From NCBI RefSeq assembly GCF_000196355.1, contig NC_007614.1, forward strand, positions 840,001 through 872,000: a stretch of 32,000 nt of DNA. The letters run 5' to 3'. The notes below the pieces were generated by a model, which was given only the letters and a program-made list of their open reading frames with translations, searched no databases and had not been told where the DNA came from. Positions 1 through 9,547 of the stretch are shown in pieces. How positions within the stretch are numbered: the stretch's first letter is position 1; each line of letters starts with the position of its first letter. The position numbers and the translations under genes are program-made. This DNA is from Nitrosospira multiformis ATCC 25196. GTDB taxonomy: Bacteria; Pseudomonadota; Gammaproteobacteria; Burkholderiales; Nitrosomonadaceae.

Positions 1-2
1 GG

Positions 3-164
3 TTTGAGGCTCTTGTAAGCGTCGTTACCGATTTTTCCAACGGTCATTCGCAAGTCGACCCCAAGAAATATCCACAGACCTGTCGTACATGCGATGTTCA
101 GCCCTTATGTCGCATTTACGAGCGCGCAGCCACGGATTTCACCGCGCAAGGGGAGGAAGAATGA
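3..164 (+). CDS. addB: C-terminal end of PD-(D/E)XK nuclease / AddB-like protein (5' truncated by window edge)
   Basis: Frame 3 is open from base 3 to TGA at 162-164 and translates FEALVSVVTDFSNGHSQVDPKKYPQTCRTCDVQPLCRIYERAATDFTAQGEEE. The C-x2-C-x5-C arrangement (CRTCDVQPLC) resembles the Fe-S cluster tail of AddB-type nucleases. The stop overlaps the next start (ATGA). Confidence 0.6.
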   Translation, partial: FEALVSVVTDFSNGHSQVDPKKYPQTCRTCDVQPLCRIYERAATDFTAQGEEE

Positions 165-3100
165 GTATTGTGCTCCCGCTGCAGCAGAATGCATCGAGTG
201 TTCCGCCGGATGAGGCGGAACGGCGCCAGGCGCTCGATCCTGCCTGCTCATTCATTGTGCAGGCCCCGGCCGGCTCCGGTAAAACCGGACTTCTGATTCA
301 ACGCTACCTCAAACTGCTGGCTTGCGTCGAAGAACCGGAGGAGGTGGTGGCGATTACATTCACGCGCAAGGCAGCTGCCGAGATGCGCCAGCGGCTGGTG
401 GCCGCGCTGGCCTCCGCCCAAAAAGCGGCTCACTCATCAGGAGCCCAGGAAGCCGAACAGGAAAGCAAACATGAAAAAACGACGCGAACACTGGCTCATG
501 CGGTGCTGCGACGGGATGCGGAGGCGTGCTGGCGCCTTGCTGACCATCCTGCTCGGCTACGCATCCAAACATTCGATTCGCTGTGCGCTTCCCTTACCCG
601 GCAGATGCCAGTGCTCTCCGGATTCGGAGGGCAGCCGGAAACGGTGGATGACGCCTCCGATCTATATCTCGAGGCGGCGCGCGCCACCCTTGCTCTGCTT
701 GACGGCGACGATGCGGTTGCCGAAGATGTCGAGTGTTTGCTGGAGCACCTCGATAATGATATCGGACGTATAGAAAAACTGCTGGTAGAAATACTGGCCC
801 TTCGGGACCACTGGTTGCGGCACGTTCATGTCAGAGAGCGGTACGAGCTGGAAGCGGCATTAAGAAACGCACGCCGGCAGACATTACGGCGCGTGCGCGC
901 ATTATGGGCCTCCCATCCTCCTGTCGCGCAGGATGAACTGCTCGCACTGGTCAGATATGCGGGCAGCAATCTGGCCAATGGCGCTAGTCTGTCGATTGAA
1001 TATGAGCGGCTCGGTGCGCTCGACATTCTGCCTGGTTGTGAGGAGCAGGATGTTTTCTGCTGGTGCGCCATTTCGGAATTGCTCCTTACGAGAGGAGGGG
1101 ATTGGCGCAAGCAGCATACAGTCAGGGAAGGTTTTCCACCCGGCTCTGGTACCAAAGCCGAAAAAGAAATTGCAAAGTCCTGGAAAGAGCGGGCGTTACG
1201 ATTGATTTCCCAATTGGCCGAAAATGACGAGGGTTCGCTTCGCCAGTCGCTGCACGATATTCGCCTGCTGCCGCCGCCTGCTTACACAGAGGGGCAGTGG
1301 AAAATACTCGGTTCGATCACCCGACTGCTACCCTATGCTGTTGCGCAGCTCAAGCTCGTATTTCAGCAGCATGGCAAGGTGGATTTTACCGAAGTGGCGC
1401 AGGCAGCATTGCGCGCCCTGGGTGATCCCGAGGCGCCGACAGATCTTGCGCTCGCACTCGATTATCGCATTCGGCATTTATTGATAGATGAGTTTCAGGA
1501 TACTTCGATCAGCCAGTATGAGCTGGTTACAAAACTGACGACAGGATGGGAGCCGGGCGACGGACGCAGCATGTTCGTGGTGGGGGACCCGATGCAATCC
1601 ATCTATCGCTTCCGCCAGGCTGAAGTCGGGCTGTTCCTGCGTGCCCGCGCTGCCGGATTTGGGAACGTGACACTCGGTCCAGTTTCACTCTCCGCCAACT
1701 TCCGGTCGCAGCGCGGTATCGTGGACTGGGTTAACGCGACGTTCGCAAGTGTCATGCCGCAGCGCGAGAATATTTCCACAGGTTCGGTACGCTACTCACC
1801 CTCCGTTGCCGTGCGCACCGCATTGCCAGATCCTGCCGTCAGCGTGCACCCATTCTTCAACGATGACCATGGGGCCGAGGGAGCGAAAGTGGTGGAGATT
1901 GTCGCCCGGGCGCAGCGTGACGAGAATTGCTCCACCACTGCCATTCTGGTTCGAAATCGCAGCCACCTGGCGGAAATCCTGCCTCGCCTCAAAAAAGCCG
2001 GATTACGTTTCCGCGCGATCGAAATCGAAGGACTGGGCCGGCAGCCCGTGGTGCAGGATCTATTGGTCCTCACGCGCGCACTGATGCACCCGGCGGATCG
2101 GCTGGCATGGTTTGCGCTGTTGAGAGCTCCATGGTGCGGGCTTACGCTTGCAGATCTCCATGCTCTTGTGTCGGCTGCTCCCGATCAATCTGATGAGGCG
2201 AGCGCTCCCGGCACCGTGCAAGAGGGAGAGGAAAACGCCGGGCCCGGTCGCGGCACCGTGTGGGAGTGGCTTCAGGATGAAAATCGTATTGCCTTTGTTT
2301 CGGCCGACGGCTATGAACGGCTGCTGCGGGTGCGCAATGTATTGAAGGCATGCATGGCCAATCGGAATCGGCAATCCCTGCGGGCAACGGTTGAAGCTGC
2401 GTGGCTGGCGCTGGGCGGCCCGGCGTGCCTCGAAGATGAGGCAGGGCTGGAAGACGCTTCCGCCTACCTTGATTATCTCGAGTCGCATGAAGAAGCGGGA
2501 AGCATTCGCAGTCTTGCGGCATTGGAGGAAGGGTTGACAGGGCTTTCCGCCTTGCCTGACGCGAAAGCGGACGGTACCCTGCAAATCATGACCATCCACA
2601 AGGCCAAGGGACTGGAGTTCGATTGCGTGATTGTACCCGGGCTCGGCCGCTTGTCGCGCAGCGATGAAAAGAAGCTCTTCATGTGGATGGAGCACTTGCG
2701 CGACGAATGGCCGGAAACGGAAGAAGAGGAAAGCGGCGGGAGGAACGATCTGTTGCTCGCACCCATCCAGGAAACCGGTTCCGGGAGCGATCCAATCTAT
2801 TCGTGGATTGAAAAGCTCGATGACGAGAAGGAATGCCTTGAGGATGGACGGTTGCTCTACGTGGCTGCAACACGCGCCAGAAAGCGTTTGCATCTTCTTG
2901 GCAGTACGGGCGTTATCAGCGGCAATGAAGGCGGGGCTGAACTCAGACCCCCGCCGGCCAGGACTTTGTTGAGCAAAATCTGGCCTGCGGTCGAATCCTT
3001 TTATAGGGAGGCTGCAGCAAAAGCAGTTTTTTCAGACCCGGCGTCGTGCGGCGACAATAAAGAGCAGGAGGCGAGAGACAAACCCGTGATCGACCAGTCG

Positions 3101-3751
3101 CTTCGCCGCCTGGTATCCGGCTGGGAACTCCCGCCCGCCCCGCGCGCCCTTCAATGGGAAGCAGGCCCGTCTCCTTTGCCCCCCTGGAGGGAAGTCGAAT
3201 ATTCCTGGGCGGGCGAGACAGCCAGGCTTGTCGGCAATATAGTCCACAAATGGCTGCAACGCATTGCCGAGGACGGGCTCGCTGACTGGAACGCGGCTCG
3301 CATCATCGACCTGCGGGATGTTTTCCGGCGCCAGTTGATTGCATGCGGGGCGATCAGCACGGGTAAGGATGATTCTGATGTTGCCGTAAAAAGAGTAATG
3401 GCAGCGCTCACCCACGCAGTGAGCGAGCCGCGCGGACGCTGGCTACTGGGACCGCAGCAGGAGGCGCGCAGCGAGTTGCGCATGACCGGCCACATCGGGG
3501 GCCAATACATGGATTTCGTGATAGACCGTACTTTTCGCGATGTGGCGGGTCAGCGATGGGTCGTTGACTACAAGACAAGCAGCCACGAAGGCGCTGATAT
3601 GGGGGAATTTCTCGATCGCGAGCAGGAGCGCTATCGCGATCAGCTGGATCGGTATGCTGCACTCGTGCAGGCAGTGGAAGGACAGCCGGTAAGGCGAGGA
3701 CTTTATTTTCCCTTGCTCAAGGGATGGCGGGAGTGGGGGGACGAGACTTGA
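161..3751 (+). CDS. addA: UvrD/Rep-family helicase-nuclease, AddA-like (exonuclease V beta-type)
   Basis: Start MSIVLPLQQNASS at 161, in frame with the 89..3751 track ORF. Walker A APAGSGKT, AFTRKAAAEMRQR, LLIDEFQDTS, VGDPMQSIYRFR, TIHKAKGLEFDCVIVPGL, and a C-terminal nuclease motif DFVIDRTF...WVVDYKTS. Confidence 0.9.
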   Translation: MSIVLPLQQNASSVPPDEAERRQALDPACSFIVQAPAGSGKTGLLIQRYLKLLACVEEPEEVVAITFTRKAAAEMRQRLVAALASAQKAAHSSGAQEAEQESKHEKTTRTLAHAVLRRDAEACWRLADHPARLRIQTFDSLCASLTRQMPVLSGFGGQPETVDDASDLYLEAARATLALLDGDDAVAEDVECLLEHLDNDIGRIEKLLVEILALRDHWLRHVHVRERYELEAALRNARRQTLRRVRALWASHPPVAQDELLALVRYAGSNLANGASLSIEYERLGALDILPGCEEQDVFCWCAISELLLTRGGDWRKQHTVREGFPPGSGTKAEKEIAKSWKERALRLISQLAENDEGSLRQSLHDIRLLPPPAYTEGQWKILGSITRLLPYAVAQLKLVFQQHGKVDFTEVAQAALRALGDPEAPTDLALALDYRIRHLLIDEFQDTSISQYELVTKLTTGWEPGDGRSMFVVGDPMQSIYRFRQAEVGLFLRARAAGFGNVTLGPVSLSANFRSQRGIVDWVNATFASVMPQRENISTGSVRYSPSVAVRTALPDPAVSVHPFFNDDHGAEGAKVVEIVARAQRDENCSTTAILVRNRSHLAEILPRLKKAGLRFRAIEIEGLGRQPVVQDLLVLTRALMHPADRLAWFALLRAPWCGLTLADLHALVSAAPDQSDEASAPGTVQEGEENAGPGRGTVWEWLQDENRIAFVSADGYERLLRVRNVLKACMANRNRQSLRATVEAAWLALGGPACLEDEAGLEDASAYLDYLESHEEAGSIRSLAALEEGLTGLSALPDAKADGTLQIMTIHKAKGLEFDCVIVPGLGRLSRSDEKKLFMWMEHLRDEWPETEEEESGGRNDLLLAPIQETGSGSDPIYSWIEKLDDEKECLEDGRLLYVAATRARKRLHLLGSTGVISGNEGGAELRPPPARTLLSKIWPAVESFYREAAAKAVFSDPASCGDNKEQEARDKPVIDQSLRRLVSGWELPPAPRALQWEAGPSPLPPWREVEYSWAGETARLVGNIVHKWLQRIAEDGLADWNAARIIDLRDVFRRQLIACGAISTGKDDSDVAVKRVMAALTHAVSEPRGRWLLGPQQEARSELRMTGHIGGQYMDFVIDRTFRDVAGQRWVVDYKTSSHEGADMGEFLDREQERYRDQLDRYAALVQAVEGQPVRRGLYFPLLKGWREWGDET

Positions 3752-3872
3752 AGGATGAAAAATAGAATCGTACATTTATTTGCCGAGGTACTCCTGATAC
3801 GTCCCGAACTATTGGCTATCCCCAAAACCCCAGTACGGGTAAACCATTGGATTTTTATATGCAGGTGAATTT

Positions 3873-4961
3873 ATGCGCTTTCTGATATATGCATTCGGTT
3901 TTTTTGCACTGACGGGATGTGTGGCAACCACGGTAGCTCCTCCGGTTGCTGAGCCGCGCCCGGAGATCGAAGGAGGAATCGAAAGGAAGGTTGAAGGAGG
4001 AATCGAAAGACAGGTTGAAGGGAAGATCGAAGAGGAGACAAAAGAGAAAGCAAAAGAGGGAGTCGAAAATTTCATCGGCGAAATGGTCGAAAGACACGGC
4101 TTTGTCCAGGCTGAACTGGAGGACATTCTTGGGCAGGCCCAGTATCAGGAGGGAATCATAAAAGCGATTTCACAGCCTGCTACCGCAAAGCCGTGGTATG
4201 CATACCGGCCCGTCTTCGTCACGCCGAAGCGTATTGCCGCGGGTGTAGCCTTCTGGAACGCAAATGCTCTGGAACTGGAGCGTGCCCGCAGGGACTTCGG
4301 GATTCCCGAGGAGATCATTGCAGCTGTAATCGGTGTCGAAACTTTTTACGGGACGCAAAACGGCAAGCACCGAATACTCGACGCCCTGACTACGCTTGCA
4401 TTCAACTATCCCCGCCGCGGGGCCTTCTTTCGCGGAGAGTTGGAGCAATATCTCCTGATGGGACGGGACCAGCAGGCTGACCTCTTGAGTATCAGGGGTT
4501 CTTACGCAGGAGCAATCGGCATCCCGCAATTCATGCCCAGCAGTTACCGGCGATACGCGGTGGATTTCAATAATGACGGCAAGATCGATTTATCCGGCAG
4601 CGCGGCGGATGCAATCGGGAGCGTCGCCAATTACCTGAAGAGCTATGGATGGGAAGCAGGCCAGCTGATAGTGGTCCCCGCAACGGTGAATGGCGAAGAT
4701 TACAGGGAAGTTTTATATTCTGGATACCCCCCGCGCTACACCGTGGCGGAGATTGGACAATGGGGGGTGACTCCCCGCTGGCATGCTCCGGCTGGCCGAC
4801 TGGCATCACTACTTGAACTGGAAGCGAAGAATGGAAAGGAGCACTGGCTGGCTTTCAATAATTTCCATGTCATTACCCGCTACAATCGCAGCGTAAATTA
4901 TGCAATGTCAGTGCTGCAGCTGGCGGAAGAGATTCGGGCCGCGAGAGCCTCGAATTTATAG
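3873..4961 (+). CDS. mltB: Lytic murein transglycosylase B family lipoprotein
   Basis: Lipobox FALTGC. MltB/SLT_2 hallmarks: AAVIGVETFYGTQNGKHRILDALTTLAFNYPRR...FFRGELEQYLL...GSYAGAIGIPQFMPSSYRRYAVDFNNDGKIDL. Confidence 0.88.
   Translation: MRFLIYAFGFFALTGCVATTVAPPVAEPRPEIEGGIERKVEGGIERQVEGKIEEETKEKAKEGVENFIGEMVERHGFVQAELEDILGQAQYQEGIIKAISQPATAKPWYAYRPVFVTPKRIAAGVAFWNANALELERARRDFGIPEEIIAAVIGVETFYGTQNGKHRILDALTTLAFNYPRRGAFFRGELEQYLLMGRDQQADLLSIRGSYAGAIGIPQFMPSSYRRYAVDFNNDGKIDLSGSAADAIGSVANYLKSYGWEAGQLIVVPATVNGEDYREVLYSGYPPRYTVAEIGQWGVTPRWHAPAGRLASLLELEAKNGKEHWLAFNNFHVITRYNRSVNYAMSVLQLAEEIRAARASNL
3969..4064 (+). repeat. Imperfect 24-bp (8-aa) tandem repeat inside mltB
   Basis: Units encode EGGIERKV / EGGIERQV / EGKIEEET / KEKAKEGV. 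The first two units (3969-3992, 3993-4016) differ at 2 of 24 bases. Confidence 0.8.
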
Positions 4962-5086
4962 CGGTGAGAAACTCTGGTGCGATTTCTTTTTTGTAAGGCA
5001 TCCCATGTTTTCTCAATATATCATCGGCCTGAAAACCCTGTACAGAAGATAGAGATCATTGTTCCTCGATTTCCCCGTATAGCCCT

Positions 5087-6061
5087 GTGAAACATTCTGA
5101 ACCCCGTATATCTGTAGTCATTCCGGCCTTTCGCTCTGAAAGGACGCTGCCCGAATTGTGTATCCGATTAGGTAAGGTACTTCCATCGGTGTGTCCTGAG
5201 TATGAAATTATTATTGTTGAGGATGGGGGGGGAGGACAAACATGGGAGATCATCCAGGCCTTGGCTGCGGCTGATGCACGGATCCGCGGAATGCTTCATA
5301 GCCGCAATTACGGCCAGCATAACGCCATCCTGAGCGGGATTAGGGCTGCTCGTTTTGAGATCATCATCACTATGGACGATGATCTTCAAAATCCGCCCGA
5401 AGAGATTCCCGCTCTATTAACCAAGCTTGCGGAAGGGTATGACGTAGTATACGGCACTCCCTGTCAGGAAAAACATGGGGTTCTTCGAGATATTGCTTCG
5501 CTCATTACAAAGCGCATGCTTGAACATGCAATGGGTGGTGATGTGTCGCGACATATCAGTGCTTATCGCGTGTTTAAAACTCATCTTCGCGATGCCTTCA
5601 AGGATTATCGCAACCCGTTTGTCTCTATTGATGTTTTGCTGACTTGGGCAACTACTCACTTTGCTGCAATCCCGGTTCGCCATGATTCCCGTACAGTAGG
5701 AGCCTCGGGCTATACATTAGCCCGACTGGTCAGGCATACATTAAATATGGTCACAGGATACAGTGTTTTCCCTCTTCAGCTAGCAAGCTGGACAGGCTTT
5801 TTGTTTACGTTGCTTGGCATGTGTTTGTTGATGTATGTTCTTGGACGCTATCTCCTCTATGGGAGCGGAATGGCAGGATTTCCATTTCTCGCATCGATAA
5901 TTGCAATTTTCGCCGGAGCCCAGATGTTTGCGCTCGGAATCATTGGGGAATACCTGTCTCGTATGCACGTCAACAGCATGGGTCGGCCGTTAGCGGTGAT
6001 AAAGGAGGCAACATTCCCGGTGAATAGCACAAGTAATAAAGAAGGTTCCAGGTCGGGTTGA
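5087..6061 (+). CDS. GT2-family glycosyltransferase with two C-terminal TM helices (ArnC/GtrB/DPM1-like)
   Basis: GTG start at 5087. ISVVIPAFRSERTLPEL, MDDDLQNPPEEIP, and C-terminal hydrophobic segments ending GIIGEYLSRMHVNSMGRPLAVIKE. Confidence 0.85.
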   Translation: MKHSEPRISVVIPAFRSERTLPELCIRLGKVLPSVCPEYEIIIVEDGGGGQTWEIIQALAAADARIRGMLHSRNYGQHNAILSGIRAARFEIIITMDDDLQNPPEEIPALLTKLAEGYDVVYGTPCQEKHGVLRDIASLITKRMLEHAMGGDVSRHISAYRVFKTHLRDAFKDYRNPFVSIDVLLTWATTHFAAIPVRHDSRTVGASGYTLARLVRHTLNMVTGYSVFPLQLASWTGFLFTLLGMCLLMYVLGRYLLYGSGMAGFPFLASIIAIFAGAQMFALGIIGEYLSRMHVNSMGRPLAVIKEATFPVNSTSNKEGSRSG

Positions 6062-6110
6062 AGTAGATTAGCCAAAGCAGGTGGGTGAAACGTCACAGTT
6101 TATGCTGGGG

Positions 6111-6899
6111 TTACCCGAAATGAAGTTTGTTTGCGATCGGAACGGGCTTGATATTCGCCTTGAACCATTTATGGAATGTGTATTCAAATTTTTGGGGTAA
6201 AAATCCTTGAGCAGTCCATACTCTTTGAACAGCGAGATTGATAATCTGTGTTGAGGTGAAAATCCGCTTAAAACCTGTCCTGATTGCGTACTCTACTGCA
6301 TATTGGATCATGCGACGATAGACCCCCCGCCCCTCCACGCGCTTCACAACCCCGCTCAATACCAGTTCAAGGCGTTTATCGTTGTGTATCTTCATCGTAA
6401 GGAACCCACAGATTCCGTTCCCATCCTCAGCAACAATAACTTTATTGCTTTCTCCGGCATTTTTTATCGTCTTCTCACACCAGGAAACGTATGCTTCATC
6501 ACAGTCATGCCTATTAAGCATAGGATCGGAATGATAATGTCCGACATACTCTGAAAACGCCTCCCGAGCAACATCAGTAACTGCTACCTGGTCTCTTGCC
6601 ATTACTTCTCGTAACCGAAATGGCTCTTCATCCGTGTGAGCGGTCGGAATTGAATTTTTTACGCGGAGACAGCGTAATTCATAATAAATGAGCGTGTCAC
6701 ATAAAATGCTGCCCAAAGTTTCAAGCTGGTGAACTACATTAATTTTGCTCGCGTCAAGCCTGGCAATGAGTAGATCTGCCTTGTTGTTATTGCTGAATGA
6801 AATGCATTCTTCTAAGTCTTCAATTGATTCGAGCCCCTCGGCCTTTACAGTGATAACGCCAAAACGGTGCTGATCAAGCTCTGACAGATATCTGTTCAT
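6111..6899 (-). CDS. GNAT-family N-acetyltransferase (WecD/RffC-like)
   Basis: Protein with an N-terminal region (FGVITVKAEGLESIEDLEECISFSNNNKADLLIARLDA) and a C-terminal GNAT-like domain (VIVAEDGNGICGFLTMKI...LELVLSGVVKRVEGRGVYRRMIQYAVEYAIRTGFKRIFTSTQIINLAVQRVWTAQGF). Confidence 0.75.
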   Translation of the reverse strand: MNRYLSELDQHRFGVITVKAEGLESIEDLEECISFSNNNKADLLIARLDASKINVVHQLETLGSILCDTLIYYELRCLRVKNSIPTAHTDEEPFRLREVMARDQVAVTDVAREAFSEYVGHYHSDPMLNRHDCDEAYVSWCEKTIKNAGESNKVIVAEDGNGICGFLTMKIHNDKRLELVLSGVVKRVEGRGVYRRMIQYAVEYAIRTGFKRIFTSTQIINLAVQRVWTAQGFLPQKFEYTFHKWFKANIKPVPIANKLHFG

Positions 6900-7283
6900 T
6901 TGTTTTCAATTTGAAGTGGTTATTGATTGCTTCTCTGTCCACGCCAGTCTAACGGAATGGTTTCCCGGTGCAGTAACGCCCGAAGCGATCGAGGCGTGCG
7001 CAAAAATGCGTCGAAGTCGTTACTCCTAGATCAGAAGCCGTTAATGCCGTCTTTCTGGCTAGGTAGAGCAGTTCCGTATCTTACCGATGCTGGGTGTATT
7101 GCCTATTGGACCGAGGTACACCTGTACTGAAGTACGTTTGGGAGGTGGGAAAGAAGACGGGGACTTTTTGCGGGCAATGATGAACGAAGGGTATGACTGA
7201 TATAAACTAGGCAAAGTATTCAAATTCATGGCATGGAACGGCCGAGGTGAGAGACTGAAGTGATCGAACTATGAAAGCCTTCA

Positions 7284-8714
7284 ATGATCAGCCGGGATAA
7301 AAGGCACTTCAACTCCGTCCATTCCCCTGTGGATGAACATGCTGACGCAAGTCAGGCGCTTCGCGAGCGCCTGAAAGAAATCACCTGTCTCTATGAAATT
7401 CGCCGGGGCATGGGGCCGGAATTATCGGTGGAGAACGTTTGCCGGCAGATTTTCGAGCACTTGATACACGCGATGCAATTTCCGGAAATTGCTACCGCCA
7501 TGATCGAGCTCGACGGCAGACGCTTCATTTCCCAGAATCACGACGAAGGTGCCACGCATGAGCTGCAATCGACGATTAACGTCAACGCCCATCCTTGTGG
7601 CCAGCTACGGGTCTTCTATCCGGAAGATAAACCTTTCCTGGTGCCGGAAGAACAGCGGCTCATCGACGCGATCGCAACTGATCTGGGAAGGTGGTTTGAG
7701 CGCAAACAGATCGACGAGGCGTTGCGCGAGCGTCTGAAAGAAATCACTTGCCTCTACGAGATTCGCCATGGCATGGGAGTGGAATTATCGGTGGACAACG
7801 TCTGCCAGCAGATTTTCGAGCACCTGATACCCGCGATGCAATTTCCGGAAATTGCTACCGCCATGATCGAACTCGATGGCAAGCGCTTCACTTCCAAGAA
7901 CCACGGTCAGGGTCTTACGCACGAACTGAAATCGACGATCAGCGCCAACAACCATTCCTGCGGCCAGTTGCGTGTCTTCTATCCCGAAGACAAACCTTTC
8001 CTGGTGCCGGAAGAACAGCGGCTCATCGACGCGGTTGCGACTGATCTGGGGAGATGGTTTGAGCGCAAACATCTCGAGCAAACCCTGGTTTCCATAGCGG
8101 AAGAACATCAGCGTTCGATCGGCCAGGATTTACACGACAATCTCGGGCAGCAGATTGCAGCGATTGGCTATCAGGCCAAAGCGCTGCAGAAAAAAATATC
8201 CTCGTTGGGGAGTACGGATGCCGCAACCGTCGCTGCTTCCATCGCGACTCAAGCACAGATCGCCGTGATGCAATGCAAGCAGCTTGCGCAGGGGCTGCTC
8301 CCATTTGAACTGGAGACCCATGGCCTGGTGGCCGCACTGCGGGCATTTGCATCCAGAATCGCAATCACTTACAAGATTACTTGTGATTTTATATGCAAAA
8401 ATGAAGTTCTCATCAAGGATAAGGATCTTGCGCTTAATATTTACCGGATTGCCCAAGAGGCCACCAATAACGCAATACGCCACGGGAGCGCACAGCATGT
8501 GACAATTTCGCTGGATTCCGAGGAAGAAATGCTCTCTCTGTCGATACGCGATGATGGCGGCGGCTTTGCCGGTTTTAACACAAAAGAGGGAGCGACTCCA
8601 GGAATGGGTATTAAAATCATGCAATATCGCGCCCGGCAGCTTGGCGCAATACTGGAATTCGTGTCGCATCCCGAAGGCGGAGTGGAAGTGCGGCTCGAAA
8701 TGCGAATGATGTAG
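7284..8714 (+). CDS. Soluble NarL/NarX-type sensor histidine kinase with two tandem N-terminal GAF-like units
   Basis: HisKA_3-like H-box RSIGQDLHDNLGQQIAAIGYQAKAL; HATPase motifs NIYRIAQEATNNAIRHG, LSIRDDGGGF, GMGIKIMQYRARQLGA. No transmembrane segments seen. Confidence 0.85.
   Translation: MISRDKRHFNSVHSPVDEHADASQALRERLKEITCLYEIRRGMGPELSVENVCRQIFEHLIHAMQFPEIATAMIELDGRRFISQNHDEGATHELQSTINVNAHPCGQLRVFYPEDKPFLVPEEQRLIDAIATDLGRWFERKQIDEALRERLKEITCLYEIRHGMGVELSVDNVCQQIFEHLIPAMQFPEIATAMIELDGKRFTSKNHGQGLTHELKSTISANNHSCGQLRVFYPEDKPFLVPEEQRLIDAVATDLGRWFERKHLEQTLVSIAEEHQRSIGQDLHDNLGQQIAAIGYQAKALQKKISSLGSTDAATVAASIATQAQIAVMQCKQLAQGLLPFELETHGLVAALRAFASRIAITYKITCDFICKNEVLIKDKDLALNIYRIAQEATNNAIRHGSAQHVTISLDSEEEMLSLSIRDDGGGFAGFNTKEGATPGMGIKIMQYRARQLGAILEFVSHPEGGVEVRLEMRMM
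7356..8072 (+). repeat. Two-copy in-frame tandem duplication, 363-bp period, in histidine kinase N-terminus
   Basis: ALRERLKEITCLYEIR(R/H)GMG... units begin at 7356 and 7719, with about 83% amino-acid identity over 120 aa by manual comparison. Confidence 0.92.
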
Positions 8715-8726
8715 GAGTTTTCCGGG

Positions 8727-9380
8727 ATGGCAGCTTCGAAAGCACAGGTAATGCTGGTGGACGATCATGCCATGTTGCGGCACGGCATGGCAATGCTTAT
8801 CAATCTTGAGCCAGATATGGAGGTATTTGCAGAGGCCGGTGACGGCGACGAAGCGCTCGCCACGCTCAAGGCAGGACATCATGCCGATATCGTTTTAATG
8901 GATGTATCCCTCAAGACTCTCTCCGGTTTTGAGGTCATAAAAAGCATACACACCCTGCTCCCCGCACTACCCGTACTCGTCGTCTCCATGCACGATGAAG
9001 GCGTGTATGCGGAACGCGCTTTGCGGGCCGGGGCGCGCGGCTACGTGATGAAGCAGGAGCCGGGTGAAGTGCTGGTAACCGCTATCCACGAGGTATTAAA
9101 GGGAAATATTTATTTGAGCAAGCCCATGCATGCCAAGCTGTTGAATCGGGTCGCAGGCGGAAATTCGGAGCCAGAGCCTTTGATTAACAGCCTGACCCCC
9201 AGTGAGTTTGAGGTACTGCATTTGATCGGATCCGGACATAGCAGTCAGGAAATCGCCAAATTGCTTAGCCGCAGTATTAAAACTATCGAAACGCACCGCT
9301 TCAACATTCGTACCAAATTGAACTTGAAAGACGGCGCCGATTTGATACGTTATGCCACCCACTGGAGCGAAGCCCAATAG
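8727..9380 (+). CDS. NarL/FixJ-family response regulator
   Basis: Receiver VMLVDDHAMLRHGMAMLI...DIVLMDVSL...VLVVSMHDEGVYAERALRAGARGYVMK; LuxR-type HTH LTPSEFEVLHLIGSGHSSQEIAKLLSRSIKTIETHRFNIRTKLNLKDGADLIRYA. Located 12 bp after the kinase gene. Confidence 0.93.
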   Translation: MAASKAQVMLVDDHAMLRHGMAMLINLEPDMEVFAEAGDGDEALATLKAGHHADIVLMDVSLKTLSGFEVIKSIHTLLPALPVLVVSMHDEGVYAERALRAGARGYVMKQEPGEVLVTAIHEVLKGNIYLSKPMHAKLLNRVAGGNSEPEPLINSLTPSEFEVLHLIGSGHSSQEIAKLLSRSIKTIETHRFNIRTKLNLKDGADLIRYATHWSEAQ

Positions 9381-9547
9381 CGGCATTGACAGGGCGTTTT
9401 AGGGGGCGGGGGACTTACCGGACTTTCGCCATATAAACTTGCATAAGGGTTTCCCTTAGTAAAAAACCAGGGTTTCCCCAATATACTCAATAGTATGGAC
9501 TGAGTTAGGATGAAGCTGCTTTCATTCTGTTTGGGTTCATTACTATC

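Noticed and set aside
6920-7035. Possible gene remnant on the minus strand (SNDFDAFLRTPRSLRALLHRETIPLDWRGQRSNQ)
   Set aside because: Only about 36 codons between stops, with no start and no recognised family. I could not support a pseudogene call.
9447-9478. Two GGGTTTCCC copies 23 bp apart upstream of the small lipoprotein gene
   Set aside because: Possibly a regulatory direct repeat, but too short to distinguish from chance without comparison to other genomes.
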